A DNA stretch of 64,000 nucleotides from Octopus sinensis (Eukaryota): the NCBI RefSeq assembly GCF_006345805.1, contig NW_021833277.1, forward strand, positions 16,198-80,197, written 5' to 3'. The position numbers and the translations under genes were made by a program. The first letter of the stretch is position 1; every line of letters starts with the position of its first letter. The notes beneath the pieces are model-generated. The model was given only the letters and a program-made list of their open reading frames with translations, was not told the origin of the DNA and made no database searches. Of this stretch, positions 53,163-64,000 are shown piece after piece.

Positions 53163-55084
53163 ATGACCTCAAATACAGCTGTGTTATTCTCTCGCATTCG
53201 CGAATTCATAAAAGATGATAAAAATTTAGAAAGGGTACCAAATCATATTTCCACTTGTCTTCAAAATATTTTTTTTGATACGGAACTTGAAAAAAAACTT
53301 TTTGACCTTTACGAAAAGGCTCCTCAATTTGACTGTCATCCATCAATTCCTTTCAATGGCCTTCGAAGTTATTTCTCTATTTTGGATAAGTCAATCAAAC
53401 CAATCTATGACATAACCGTCGAAATATCCACAGAAAAATACAACAGCAAAGCCCAAACAAATAATCTACGTCAGCACGTTGATATTCTAGAACAGATGCT
53501 AAAACTGGCTGATGTGATGGACCTACTTGTGTCTCCAAATACAAGCAGCTCCAATCCTCGGCAAATGGAGCAAGTAATCGAAAAGATAAACCAAGTTGAC
53601 CAAACTGTATTTTTTCGCTCAAAAATGGCATTTTTTGTAATATTGATTGATAATTTTCGAGTTTCCAAGTGCCTTCCACAAACCTTTAAATCTCTTGGCT
53701 TCATTTTTTGTGGCCTGTCGAGTCAAAAATACGGCGACGAAAGGTAATTTTTTATCAAGTATGTTCGACATTGCAAGATTGACCAACTCCGACTATTTTC
53801 TCAGATCGAAATTTGTTTTTATTCATTTATTCACATAGATTGCTTTTTTTAATAATTTTGTGAACTTGCAGGCAGTTACTGATGTTTGGAATTTAACTGA
53901 AAAACCACTGTTTACTGTATTTCTAGTTCTTATTCAAGTTTTTTCTTAACAATTTGAATCGCCTTTCATTTAATAAATTGTTCGATGGTTTTCATTCCCC
54001 AAAAATCAATGACCTATTTTTGATACACCCTCCTGAGGGGGATCCCGTGTCTGTCCGACTTATATCTTACAATGTTCTCTATTTGTTGTGATTTTATTAG
54101 TTTTTTGATAAAGAAAGTGTGTCGGAGAATATTTCTGACGATTTAATAATTCACTTCCATGGGGGAGGGTTCATCGCCCATACATCTGCCAGTCACTTGG
54201 TGGTCTCTTATTTCGTATTTATAGACATATTTGACTGCGTTAAGTCGAGCTACCAATTTGCCCATTCTTTCTGTTGACTACTCGCTTGCTCCAACGGCTC
54301 CATTCCCAAAGGCGATTGATCAATGTTTCTATTCTTACAAATGGGCCCTTGAAAATCTTAAATTTCTTGGTATGTTAAATTATATTAATAAATATAGGCA
54401 CTAGAGGTCGAAAAATTATTATGTTCGGTGATAGTGCGGGTGCGAATTTGGTGTTGACAGTTGCGGCTAAAACTATAATGGAAGGTCTACGTAAGCCAGA
54501 TGTGCTTTTTTGGGCATATCCTTACTTTTCACTGTCATTGAATGCAACTCCTTCTCGTTTTCTCTCAGTTGTTGATTTTGTTGTCTCATTTTCGTCAAGT
54601 TATGCTGCTATTTCTGGTTCTTTTTATTGAAAATTTGGCAGCATATTTGAAGGTTGATATTCGTTCCGAAAACCAGCGAGTTCCTCAATTTTCTGGTTTT
54701 GATTCGGACACTATCGATTCCATGTTGTCCAAATACAATCTGGGGTATTGGATAGGCGACGTTGCATCCAAAATTCTGGACGAGGACATTAGAAACGACC
54801 CTTGGGTCTCTCCAGCTAATTTCAGTGATGAAATACTGAGGACATTGCCTCCTGTTAGAATATTTGTATTAAGCCCTAATAACCGAGAATAGGTGGGGAG
54901 TTATGACTCATTGTTGGATGATTCGATTTTTATGGCAAAGCGTCTTTATGATATTGGTCACAATGTTCAGCTTCGCGTCATTGACGGATTTCCTCATGGG
55001 TTTTTACACTTGTACGGAATTGCTGAAGAAATTGACACAGAAATCAAGATTGCGTTTGACAGTTTTTCGGAATTTACTAATTAA
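53163..55084 (+). CDS. LIPE: Hormone-sensitive lipase family protein, multi-exon
   Basis: HSL N-terminal FDCHPSIPFNGLRSY, HFHGGGF, VDYSLAP, FGDSAGANL, DSLLDDS, PHGFL. Confidence 0.9.
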
Positions 55085-55617
55085 CTATTTAAAAGTTTAA
55101 TGTCTTCTAATAATTGCCTCAATTAATATTCATACCGAGTATTTTTTTAGTTGTTTGCCTGTTAAGCGATGAATTTCCGATTATACATTTTTTCCATTCG
55201 GTAAGGACTATTGTTTTCTTGCTGGATTAATATAAAAACCATTCAAATAAAAAATATTTATTGTAACGATTAGCGTTGTTTCTGGTTTTATTCCACGAGG
55301 ACAGACAGCGAGTTATGTAGTAAAATAATTATTCTTATTTAATGCTGTCAAGATCAGAACTAATTTTCGGTTGGCTTAGCTATCTTACTAGCAGGTATGT
55401 TGAATCGATGATTTTTGTCCATATTAACGGTAGCTAATTTTTTATAGATTGAGGCTATGACGATTCACAAATTTTTTTAATAATGAAAATCTTGTCAACA
55501 TGAATCAATTTTTTTATATTGCATTTTTTAAAATATTATTTCTAGCATTAACGACAAACTTTCCAGGATCATTTGGCAGTTTTAATGTTGTTGAATTGCA
55601 TAAAATGACATTGTTTA

Positions 55618-55960
55618 TTAATTCAATAAAATTACATCATTCTATAACGTCAATACAAATAATACACCAATTTTAATAACTGCTACGAAAGTTATCAGAC
55701 ATTCCTTTCCTTTGCCGTTGCCAACACTCACTTTTATAATTTAAATAGAAGCTCGATTGCTGTTTCTAGCGAGAACTGTCAATTCCATACACACACGACA
55801 TACACACGTGACATCTAATATCTCCCCGTGTTTATCCACATGAGCGACAATAGACGCACTAATCCTATCCCAGACTCTGTGGTATGTTGGACATATTTGA
55901 AATTAGGCACTGGGAGCATATGAAAAATCAATCGTATTAACACTCTAAAAACTAATCAAA
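55618..55960. repeat. Dispersed repeat copy 2, uninterrupted at the REL insertion site
   Basis: TAATAACTGCTACGAAAGTTATCAGACATTCCTTTCCTTTGCCGTTGCCAACACTCA joins the two flanks of the 48353-51982 element. Confidence 0.85.
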
Positions 55961-56579
55961 AATGCATGAAAAATTGTACGGAGACTACAATCACAAAATT
56001 CACTGTTCTGGCCGACCTCATCACAAATATATTCATTTAATTTAAAAAGAAAATCGGATTCTATAAATATTCAAAAAAAAGTGAAGATAAGGCGGACGAA
56101 GATACGATAAAGGAAAACTATGAGGAGATTGTCGATAGTGATTCAGTTATTAATTTGTTTTGTTGATCTCAATTTATGCATACTGATGGTGCTAATACTC
56201 CTATTAATACCGATTGTTGTTTATTTGTTGCAGATTTAATATTTACCTTCAAATTTATACTACACAATTATTGACTCATATAAAAATAATTTATTCAATT
56301 GAAATTAATGATGGAATACAAGTTGGATTATGTCGTTTTTTATGAGAACATTATATCAAATAAATTATATTGTTTGAATGGTTTGTTTGTTTCTTTGAAT
56401 TTGTCACATTTGATTAATAAATACGTTTTTTTGATTTTAATATGATAAATTAAAAATTGATTCATTTATGAAAATGAATCCTTGAATTGTATTTGCAGCT
56501 TATGTTCTTTCAATGTATATTTAGAATGTTATTATGTTACGAATGATTTTTTAATAAAAGAATTTTAAATCTCTAAACT

Positions 56580-56713
56580 GGTTACTCCTCTGGCCGGTTG
56601 CTGTCGAAACCCTGGGATTGATTGGAAAGGAGTCGTTGTGCTTCCTCAAGTGTATTGGACGTCTCGAGACCTTGAGAACACACAATCCTCTGGAGACGAG
56701 ATGGCTCCTGGAG
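56580..56713 (+). mobile_element. CRE-clade C-terminal fragment; the adjoining part of the protein is at 57350-57450
   Basis: WPVAVETLGLIGKESLCFLKCIGR..LETRWLLE, and EVDWLLQRFSIAVIRGNSLAI at about 57370. Confidence 0.65.
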
Positions 56714-57099
56714 AATTTTAAATTAACTTGTGTTGATAAAACTATATTCAAATTTAACAGGATGTATTTAACTACCGATACTTGAATTTATATTAATTGT
56801 TATGTAACTATTCGATTATTATATAATAAATTTCATAACTTTCAGATTTTAAAGTCTTTCTGTTCAAATTTTATAAAATGGAACGAAATAGGTAATTTTA
56901 GAATAAAAAAGACAATTGACAAAAACTAGACAATAAAATATTTACAGAAAAAGTATTAGTTGCAAGTTCTAACTAAAAAATTGTTTAGTTACTAAGTTAA
57001 ATTTTTTGGTTAATTTTTTTTAGCTTTTAGGTCAATAAAGTTAGTTTTTGGTTAAAATTTTTATTTTTTAGCTTAATAGAATCGCCCTAGTTATTATAA

Positions 57100-58012
57100 T
57101 TAATTTGAAGTTTAAAAATTGAATTTTTAGTGTTTAAAAAGAGGCTTTACCTTTTTATGCCCCGCAACCACTGAAGGCCGCTTTCAACTTGACTGGTCGC
57201 ATTTAAATGCTTTTTGCTGTGACATGTTTATAGAACACTATCCATATGGCCATGCGGCCACTTATTCTTTACTATTAAATTACAAGAAAAAAGCTAATCG
57301 ATGTCAGTTTTAGTCTGCTAGAACATTTTAATTAATGTCAGTTTTAGTCTGTACCCACCATCCTCGGGAGGTAGACTGGCTATTGCAACGGTTCTCGATC
57401 GCCGTTATCCGGGGGAACAGTTTGGCAATCCGCCAGGCTGTAGTTGTTTAAACCAAACAGTTAATGAATAAAGTATTCCTTGTGCTCTTTTGGATGGGTT
57501 TTCATAAAATCTGTTTTTAGCAACAATGACAATATCTTCAGCATAGAAAAAGAGTTCACTCTAGCATAAAGCTCTAAATAAATTAATAGAATTAAAACTA
57601 AAAAAAGAACAATACCGATTTTGTAAATATTATTATAAATTTGTTTAATAAATACGAAAAATCTGAATTGGAAATAAAACAGCTCATTTGCAAGAATTAA
57701 CTAAAGATTGACGAATAAATTAAAATATTGTAGCAGACTAAAACTGTCAGTGATTAGCACTTTACTTGTAATTTAATAGTAAATAATAAGTGGCCGTATG
57801 GCCATATGGATAGAAATTCATAAACTCAAACGTACGTATCACAACAAAAACAACAAAAAGCATATAAATGCGACTACTCGATAACAAAGCGAGCTTCAGT
57901 GGTTGCGGGGCATTAAAAGGAAAAGCCTCATTTTTACACCAAAAAATTAAATTGACATGGAAAGTGTGCTGAAACAATTGAATCCTATGTTTATTTTTCA
58001 AACTTCAAATCA
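57100..58012. repeat. Long imperfect inverted repeat (arms about 57100-57322 and 57731-58012), foldback/MITE-like
   Basis: ATGCCCCGCAACCACTGAAG / CTTCAGTGGTTGCGGGGCAT; CTATCCATATGGCCATGCGGCCACTTATT / AATAAGTGGCCGTATGGCCATATGGATAG; CAGTTTTAGTCTGCTA / TAGCAGACTAAAACTG. Confidence 0.88.
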
Positions 58013-58149
58013 ATAATATTTAGTTTTTAAAATTTTTGACCGTTTGAGATTTTGAATTTCAGGTCAGTGAGAACGTAAACAATCTGACAAATCTCTGATC
58101 TTTCGTTTTGAAAAAAGAAGGCTTGGGGAAACAGAACTTTTCCGACAAA

Positions 58150-58855
58150 ACAGGACTGTCACTGTGTTCCTTTCAAAGACTATCCTGTGTTTCTTACAAA
58201 CAAGGAGATGGCCCTTACAAAAAATCGAGTAATAGCTCTTTGAATGACTTGGTTGAAAAAAATGCTATCTTCGGCACTAAGACTTATCGCCTTACCTGCC
58301 ACCCAGACATTATCTTTTCTAAGACCCTAGGGAAGCCTTTGAGGGACAATTCCTGGGTGTCCGAGAGCTCTACTCGCCATCCTAAGCCATGGGCTAGCCG
58401 GATGGCTCGTCTTCTGACTTTCTTGAGCGCGTCAACGTACTTCTCCCGGTCCTCGCAGAAGAACGTAAACAATCAGAAGTGCCAGGCATGTACGCCATAG
58501 GTCAACACGGGTAACACTATGGCGTTAAACACACGTAGCTAAGCACCTCTCCGCAGCCGGAAAGCACGCAACGCGCCTAATCGCTGCATTGCACGCATTT
58601 TCGTACGTGCAATGTGATCATCAAACTTACCGGACGGCTTAAAGAGCACGCCCAAATAAGTCATCCGATCAACTGAGCAATTGCTGACCCGTTCAGCAAT
58701 AACCTAGGGGCGTAATTAGTGTAACCCCTCGTCCTTTTACAGACTTTGAGAACACTGCACTTGTCCGCACGCATCTTTAGACCCCTACTCCCACACCAGT
58801 TTACAAGTCCATCCACAGCAACCTGTAGCCTACGACACGCACACTCAGGTTTCAT
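58150..58855 (-). mobile_element. GC-richer L2/CR1-like LINE 3' fragment, degenerate
   Basis: LQVAVDGLVNWC..LKMRADKC, YLGVLF..FDDHI, FNAIVLPVLTYGVHAW, LKKVRRRAIRL. Confidence 0.7.
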
Positions 58856-58879
58856 GCTCAGTCACAATTTTATAAAATT

Positions 58880-59090
58880 TGAAATAAATCAGGGTTTAAT
58901 TGAACGCTTTAATCAAACATTGACACGAGCTATGCCAAAACTATTGGATAAAAAAAGAACTAAAAATTGGCAACAATTTTTAGACAAAGTTACTTTTTCC
59001 TATAATACGACACATTACTCGGCGATCAATGAGACCCTTTTCAAAAAGTTTGGGATTATTTCTGGAATTAACAGTGTGATTCATGAAATA
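58880..59090 (+). mobile_element. Integrase core C-terminal fragment
   Basis: QGLIERFNQTL..NWQQFLDKVTFSYNTTHYSAI. Confidence 0.75.
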
Positions 59091-59228
59091 CAAGTTATAA
59101 GCTCATTTATAATTTAGATTAAAATATGAGGTCTCGTTTGTAGAAGATGAACTTGAAAGTAAAATGATGTATTTATTTTTAGAAACGAATAATAAAATTT
59201 CTGATTTTACTCCCCTAGGCATGAATTC

Positions 59229-59851
59229 CAGGTCGTCCCAGTTTTTGAAACTTTTGCCATGAAGTTTGAGATCCCTTTCCAGAATTGCCGGAAGAGTGGA
59301 TCTAGGTCTTCCACGATATTTGTCTCCATTTTCGGAGAAATAATCGTTCATTGCCCGATTGGCCGGAGCTCTGGGGTCCATTCGCAAAATATGGCCAAAT
59401 AATTTCCACCGGCCTCCAACAATTTCTTGAGACAACGGGGTAGCATCGTAATGTTTATACAGAGATAGATTGTTAATTTTTGATGGCCAGTATATTCCGT
59501 GTAAGAGACGTAGTTGTTTACGGTGAAAAGAGCCTATAGTCTTCAGTTCAGTCTCCGAGATCCCCCATGTTGACGAGTTGTATAGTAGAACAGTCTTTAC
59601 GAATGCATTATAAAGCTTTGATCTGAGGGCCATTTTTTACGTATTCTGCTCAGAGCCGTGGTAGCATCTTTCTGCGAGAAATGTCTTCACTATCTCCAAC
59701 TAGGGAGCCGAGTTTGGGGCGACCTATAATCTTTGCGGGATCTCGTCCGCAACAGAGAAGCATGGACGAGGATGGTCCAGAAGATTGTTTCGCTTGTGAC
59801 ACGTGTGGGATTATAACTTTGTTTATGTTCCTACGGAATGTGTTATAATAA
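59229..59851. mobile_element. RTE-clade insertion with 5' inversion and 13-bp TSD
   Basis: TSD TAGGCATGAATTC at 59216-59228 and 59852-59864. 59229-59715 is RTE on minus (KLGSLVGDSED..RGRPR..NWDDL). 59716-59851 is the adjacent 3' end on plus (DL*SLRDLVRNREAWTRMVQKIVS, TGTTCCTACGG..TATAATAA). Confidence 0.88.
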
Positions 59852-60239
59852 TAGGCATGAATTCATCTTATTTTAAAAGAATAAATAAAAAATGAGAGTA
59901 CACAAAAATATGATTTTGAAATAAGGAATGAGGTATAATTGAATAATAACAGTTTAGGTTCTATTCGAGTCAATGCGATTTAACATTTTATCAAATAGTA
60001 CATTTACAAACACATGTTTATCTGAATATAATGAGAAATTATGTAAAGACAATGCATCTGATTCAAATCCGGGTCACGTAAATTATTTTGTTTCAAATGG
60101 AAAAAAAATTATTGGAGGGAATCTGGAATTTTAACTCAACGATGTACCAGAAAGATCACCAATATCACGCGTCTTATTTAATTTATTATATTTATTAAAT
60201 ATCTGTCTAAATAAAATATAAATTCTGAATTCAATATTA

Positions 60240-63200
60240 TTACAAAATTTTTGTATTAGCCAAACAAACTGAAATTAAATTAGTAAATTCTCTTAAAAAC
60301 TGATCAGTAAACATAAAAAAGACATACCTCGTAGAATAAGCAAAGTTGCTTCCAGTTTTTTGTTTTCCCGCCACATTTGATTTAGGTTTACCATCATTTA
60401 AGCTAGCCATGATAATTGGCTTATCCAAAGAGATATTTAATTTTTTATTTAAACTGCCCTAAAATTATATATGATAAATTAAAACTTCATTAAGTGAAAT
60501 TCCAATGCTTCCTGCCAATGATTCCTAAAAAATCAAATCCCTGCCCAAACCCTTTTACTTCCCTTCAAAAATTCTGTCGACTGATTCAGAATCTTGTCGA
60601 TTATGGACTGGTCGTCTCCCTTCATGCTAATCATTTCACTCGATTCTGTTTCTTTTTGACGTTTCGATAATAATTCGACCTCCTTTTCTTTATTTTTCAC
60701 AATATTTTGTAGATCTTGCACTTGATTATTCAAATTATCAACATTTTTCTACAAAAAATCAACAAAACTAGATGCCTTATGTTGATTAGTCGCATTTTCA
60801 ATATCAAATCTCAATTTCTACAACAAGCTAACTTAAAAACAAACCTCGTTGTCCCCTTCCAACTTAGATATAACATCCAAATACTTGATTACAGCACTGC
60901 TCTCGTCCTTTAGCCACATTGCTTGGAAGGGCGGTTTTGAAGCTGACCAATTATTTTCTAACATAAGATAAAAAAAAACTACCCAAATTTTGATCAAATG
61001 TCAAATCCGTGTTTATTTCTTCTGGAATTTCTTTATTTCCACGGAATCGGCTAAGTTCAATTTCCTGTCTGACTTTAACCAGTTCGTCCTTGAGGAGATC
61101 CTTTGAGGTGGTCAACTTGTCGGATTCGTCATTCAAAAGTCCTGACATTTGGCATAAATTCTAAAACATTTTTATAGCGTTTTGTACATATATTTCCTCG
61201 TTTTTTGTGTTGAGTTCATTTTTTAAGCTAATCAACTCTAATTTCATTGTTTTGTGGGAAGATATGAGTCCATCCAGTTGACTGCTAAAGTTATCGCAAG
61301 CTTAATAAAATAAATTTTTATTTTTACTGGTTTGAAGGCGACACTTTTCTTCCTCCAACATGTAATTAGAGGCTTTGAGGGTGTCAAACTCCTTTAAATA
61401 AAAATAACTAAAATTACTTTCATTTTCTTGTTTTTCTCTTCCAATTCTGATTCCAAATTTTTGATCTCATAATTTTTAGATTCCAAAGACATTTTTAGGT
61501 TATCAGAATCTTTCATGAGTACTTTCAAGTATTTTTGCAAATCCTTAAATAATAAAAATAAAAACTTCTACTTCATTTTGATTACTTTTACGATTTAATT
61601 TTTCCGATTCCAGTACTTTGAGTTTTGTCTCGGCTTTTAGTTTTTCGCCCATACGAGATATTTCATTTTCCAAAGCCTTTAAAACTATTATTAAATAAAA
61701 AACGATTATTTTTGCTTCTTTTTCTTTCAAAATAATCTCATATTTGCCACATTTTAATTCTTGTGAATCAACCTCTCCCTTCAATATTTTCAATTCGTTT
61801 TTAGCCAAGTTCAGCTCATTTGAGACGTTCTAACATCTCAACCTCACAAAAAACTCACCAAATAGTCCTGATTGCGAATCGCTTCTTTACAGGGTGTTTC
61901 GTTTACAAAATTTGCTTGGAGAGATGGTTCGTTTTCAAAGTTGTATTTGTTTTCTCCTGCGCTTGTAAAATCTTTTCTGGTTATTTCAAATCGAGTTTGG
62001 CTGTTTTCGATTTCATTTTGAACTTTGATTATTTCTTCCTGAAGAAGGCTCCTTGATTTGGCAAGTTTTTCAGATTCGCTGTCTAAAAATCCTGACATTT
62101 GACATAAATCCTAAAATTCAGTTTCTATGCAAAAAATACATATATTTCTTCATTTTTGAACTTTAATTTGTTTTTTAAGTCAACTAACTCGTTCTTCATT
62201 TCCCTCTGAGACACGATTAGCCCGTCCAACTGTCCGTTAAATTCCTGGCAGTCTAAAATCCAATAAACCTACGAATACTCAAATTCAACTCCTCTTTATT
62301 TGTTCTCATATCAGAATTTTCCAATTTTTGTAATTCCTTAAAAAATAGTAAAAATGAAGTACTTCAAGTTTTTCAGTTTTGTTGTTGAGTTCTTGTTTCA
62401 AGTTCATTACTTCACAACTAAGAGATTCGTTTAGAATTTTGACGTTGTTGTAATCTGTCATGATTGCGTCAATATGATACTTTAGTTTCTAATAAAATAA
62501 GCTTTGTTATTTTACTTGATTTTCATCTTTTTCTATTTCCAATTTTTCTGTGATTTCTTTTGCGCTGGAAAAAGCGGTTTGCAATTCCTAAATTTGATTC
62601 AATTTGTCTACTCTAATCTGGGAGTCCTTTTCATTCGCAATCTCCTCGTTCTCAAATTTGTTTCTTTTTATCAATTCGTTTAATTCTCTTTTAAGGATTG
62701 AACATTGTTCAAGAATATTCTTAATAATCACACAAGTATAATTTTACTTGATTTTCTTGTTCTTTTTCGTTAATTTTGTCATTATATATATCATTATTTT
62801 TTTGAATACAATCCTTCAGATTCTAAAAATATTAGTTTTTATTTTACATTAATCTCCTGTTCATAAAAAAGCATATTTTCCTTCAAATCTGTCATTCTTG
62901 CCTGCCAATTAGACTCTGAGATTTCAGTTTGAGCATTCAAATCAGAAATCATATACAAAGCGTCGGCATAGTCGTCTTTCAAATTCTACCAATTATATAT
63001 CTAGACATACTTGGAGTTCCATTTGAGTTAAGTAAAGTCGATTAGACAGGTCATCTACCAATTCTTGATGTTCTTCAGAAGAAATAATTTCTTGGTTGTT
63101 GGCTTGAAGAATGAATTCTTCATTGATTTCATTTTCAACGTTGAAATAGTCTTTTTCTGGTTTATTTGCGGTTTGTATTTCTTCAGTCATAACTTGGTCC

Positions 63201-64000
63201 GAAAAATTGTCGAAATTCTTTTTTTTAATACAACAATATTACATTTTGTATTTCTGTTTGTCTTTCGGGATATTTTGATAATTTTTTTTCCAATTCTCGA
63301 ATTTGTGTTTTTAAAGCGTCATTGACCATATCCTTGCCCCGGATGACCGCCTCGAGTCGGACAGTCTCGTCGTCCGTAGATTCTGAATCAAATGTCACTT
63401 TTTTAGCCTTTCTGATTCCAGAATTCTGAAAATCATAACATTTGACGATTCAAACTTCTGGTTTCAAGTTTTCGAAAGTCTCTCCTATATTTTCAGGACC
63501 AAGTTCACCCAAACTGTCCAACTCACATTCAATAACAATTCCAGGAACACCTTCTGCAGTGCACTAAAGATTTTAAGAGCTATGTAAAATACAGGTTCGG
63601 ACTGATAGGACATCTCATGTTCAGGTTGTTCAAATTTCTCGAAATCTCTAAAATCGATTTTTTAAGTCCATGTTTAAACTTGATTGGAAAATCGATTTCT
63701 TCTATTTTTTGATTTTCCAAGTTCTCATCCTCAGATAAACTCGTGTCTAAATAAAGTTGTTTTATAATCAATCAAACGGTTATCAATGTTTATTTTTACG
63801 TCCGAATCAGATTTTTGTTGTCTAACCAAGTTTTCGGAGGTCTCCAGACGATTGTCGTCTGCAGTTGCAAACAGTGGAGAGAGCGTAGTGTAAAGAGCAA
63901 TTTTTGAGTCCTGCAAGTTCTCGAGAGCGTTGGAATAGTTTTTAGATGTGGAATACATAAATTCGTAATCGTGGATATATTTCTGATTTAAAGCTTCTAA
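60240..64000 (-). CDS. Long E/K-rich coiled-coil protein of unknown family, many short introns; 5' end outside window, 3' end uncertain
   Basis: Series of minus-strand coiled-coil ORF segments separated by about 30-nt GT-AG introns. It includes an internal duplicated exon block. Confidence 0.6.

Overview
AT-rich eukaryotic nuclear DNA in the standard genetic code. It comes from an animal (intronless SoxB HMG-box gene, Ack kinase, TACC) with motile-cilium genes (CCDC180-like, CIMIP2C/C2orf70-like) and very short GT-AG introns (23-37 nt where I counted them). This best fits a dicyemid-type mesozoan, which is an inference and not a demonstrated identification. About 15 host genes are recognisable: CCDC180-like, REC8, divergent Ubl-RPS27A, IPMK, KIF21-like, PSMC2/Rpt1, TACC, WDR33, Ack-like pseudokinase, CIMIP2C, PFDN3 plus a partial duplicate, SoxB, STT3, hormone-sensitive lipase and a long coiled-coil gene. 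They are interspersed with transposon debris (RTE, CRE, L2/CR1-like, Tc1/IS630, integrase fragments) and one intact 3.6 kb RT+REL retrotransposon with a 13-bp TSD. Most notable observations: (1) an Ingi/Vingi-type insertion carrying an HDV-like ribozyme and a 2A (StopGo) peptide; (2) two TSD-bounded 5'-inverted, twin-priming-type insertions from non-L1 clades; (3) a repeated within-gene switch from C/A-rich to G/T-rich sense strand that is also visible in the introns; (4) a 76-aa ubiquitin-like moiety on S27a that has lost the usual conjugation residues; (5) an Ack orthologue with degenerate catalytic motifs. All family assignments come from motif recognition by eye with no database search, and gene ends are approximate where stated.
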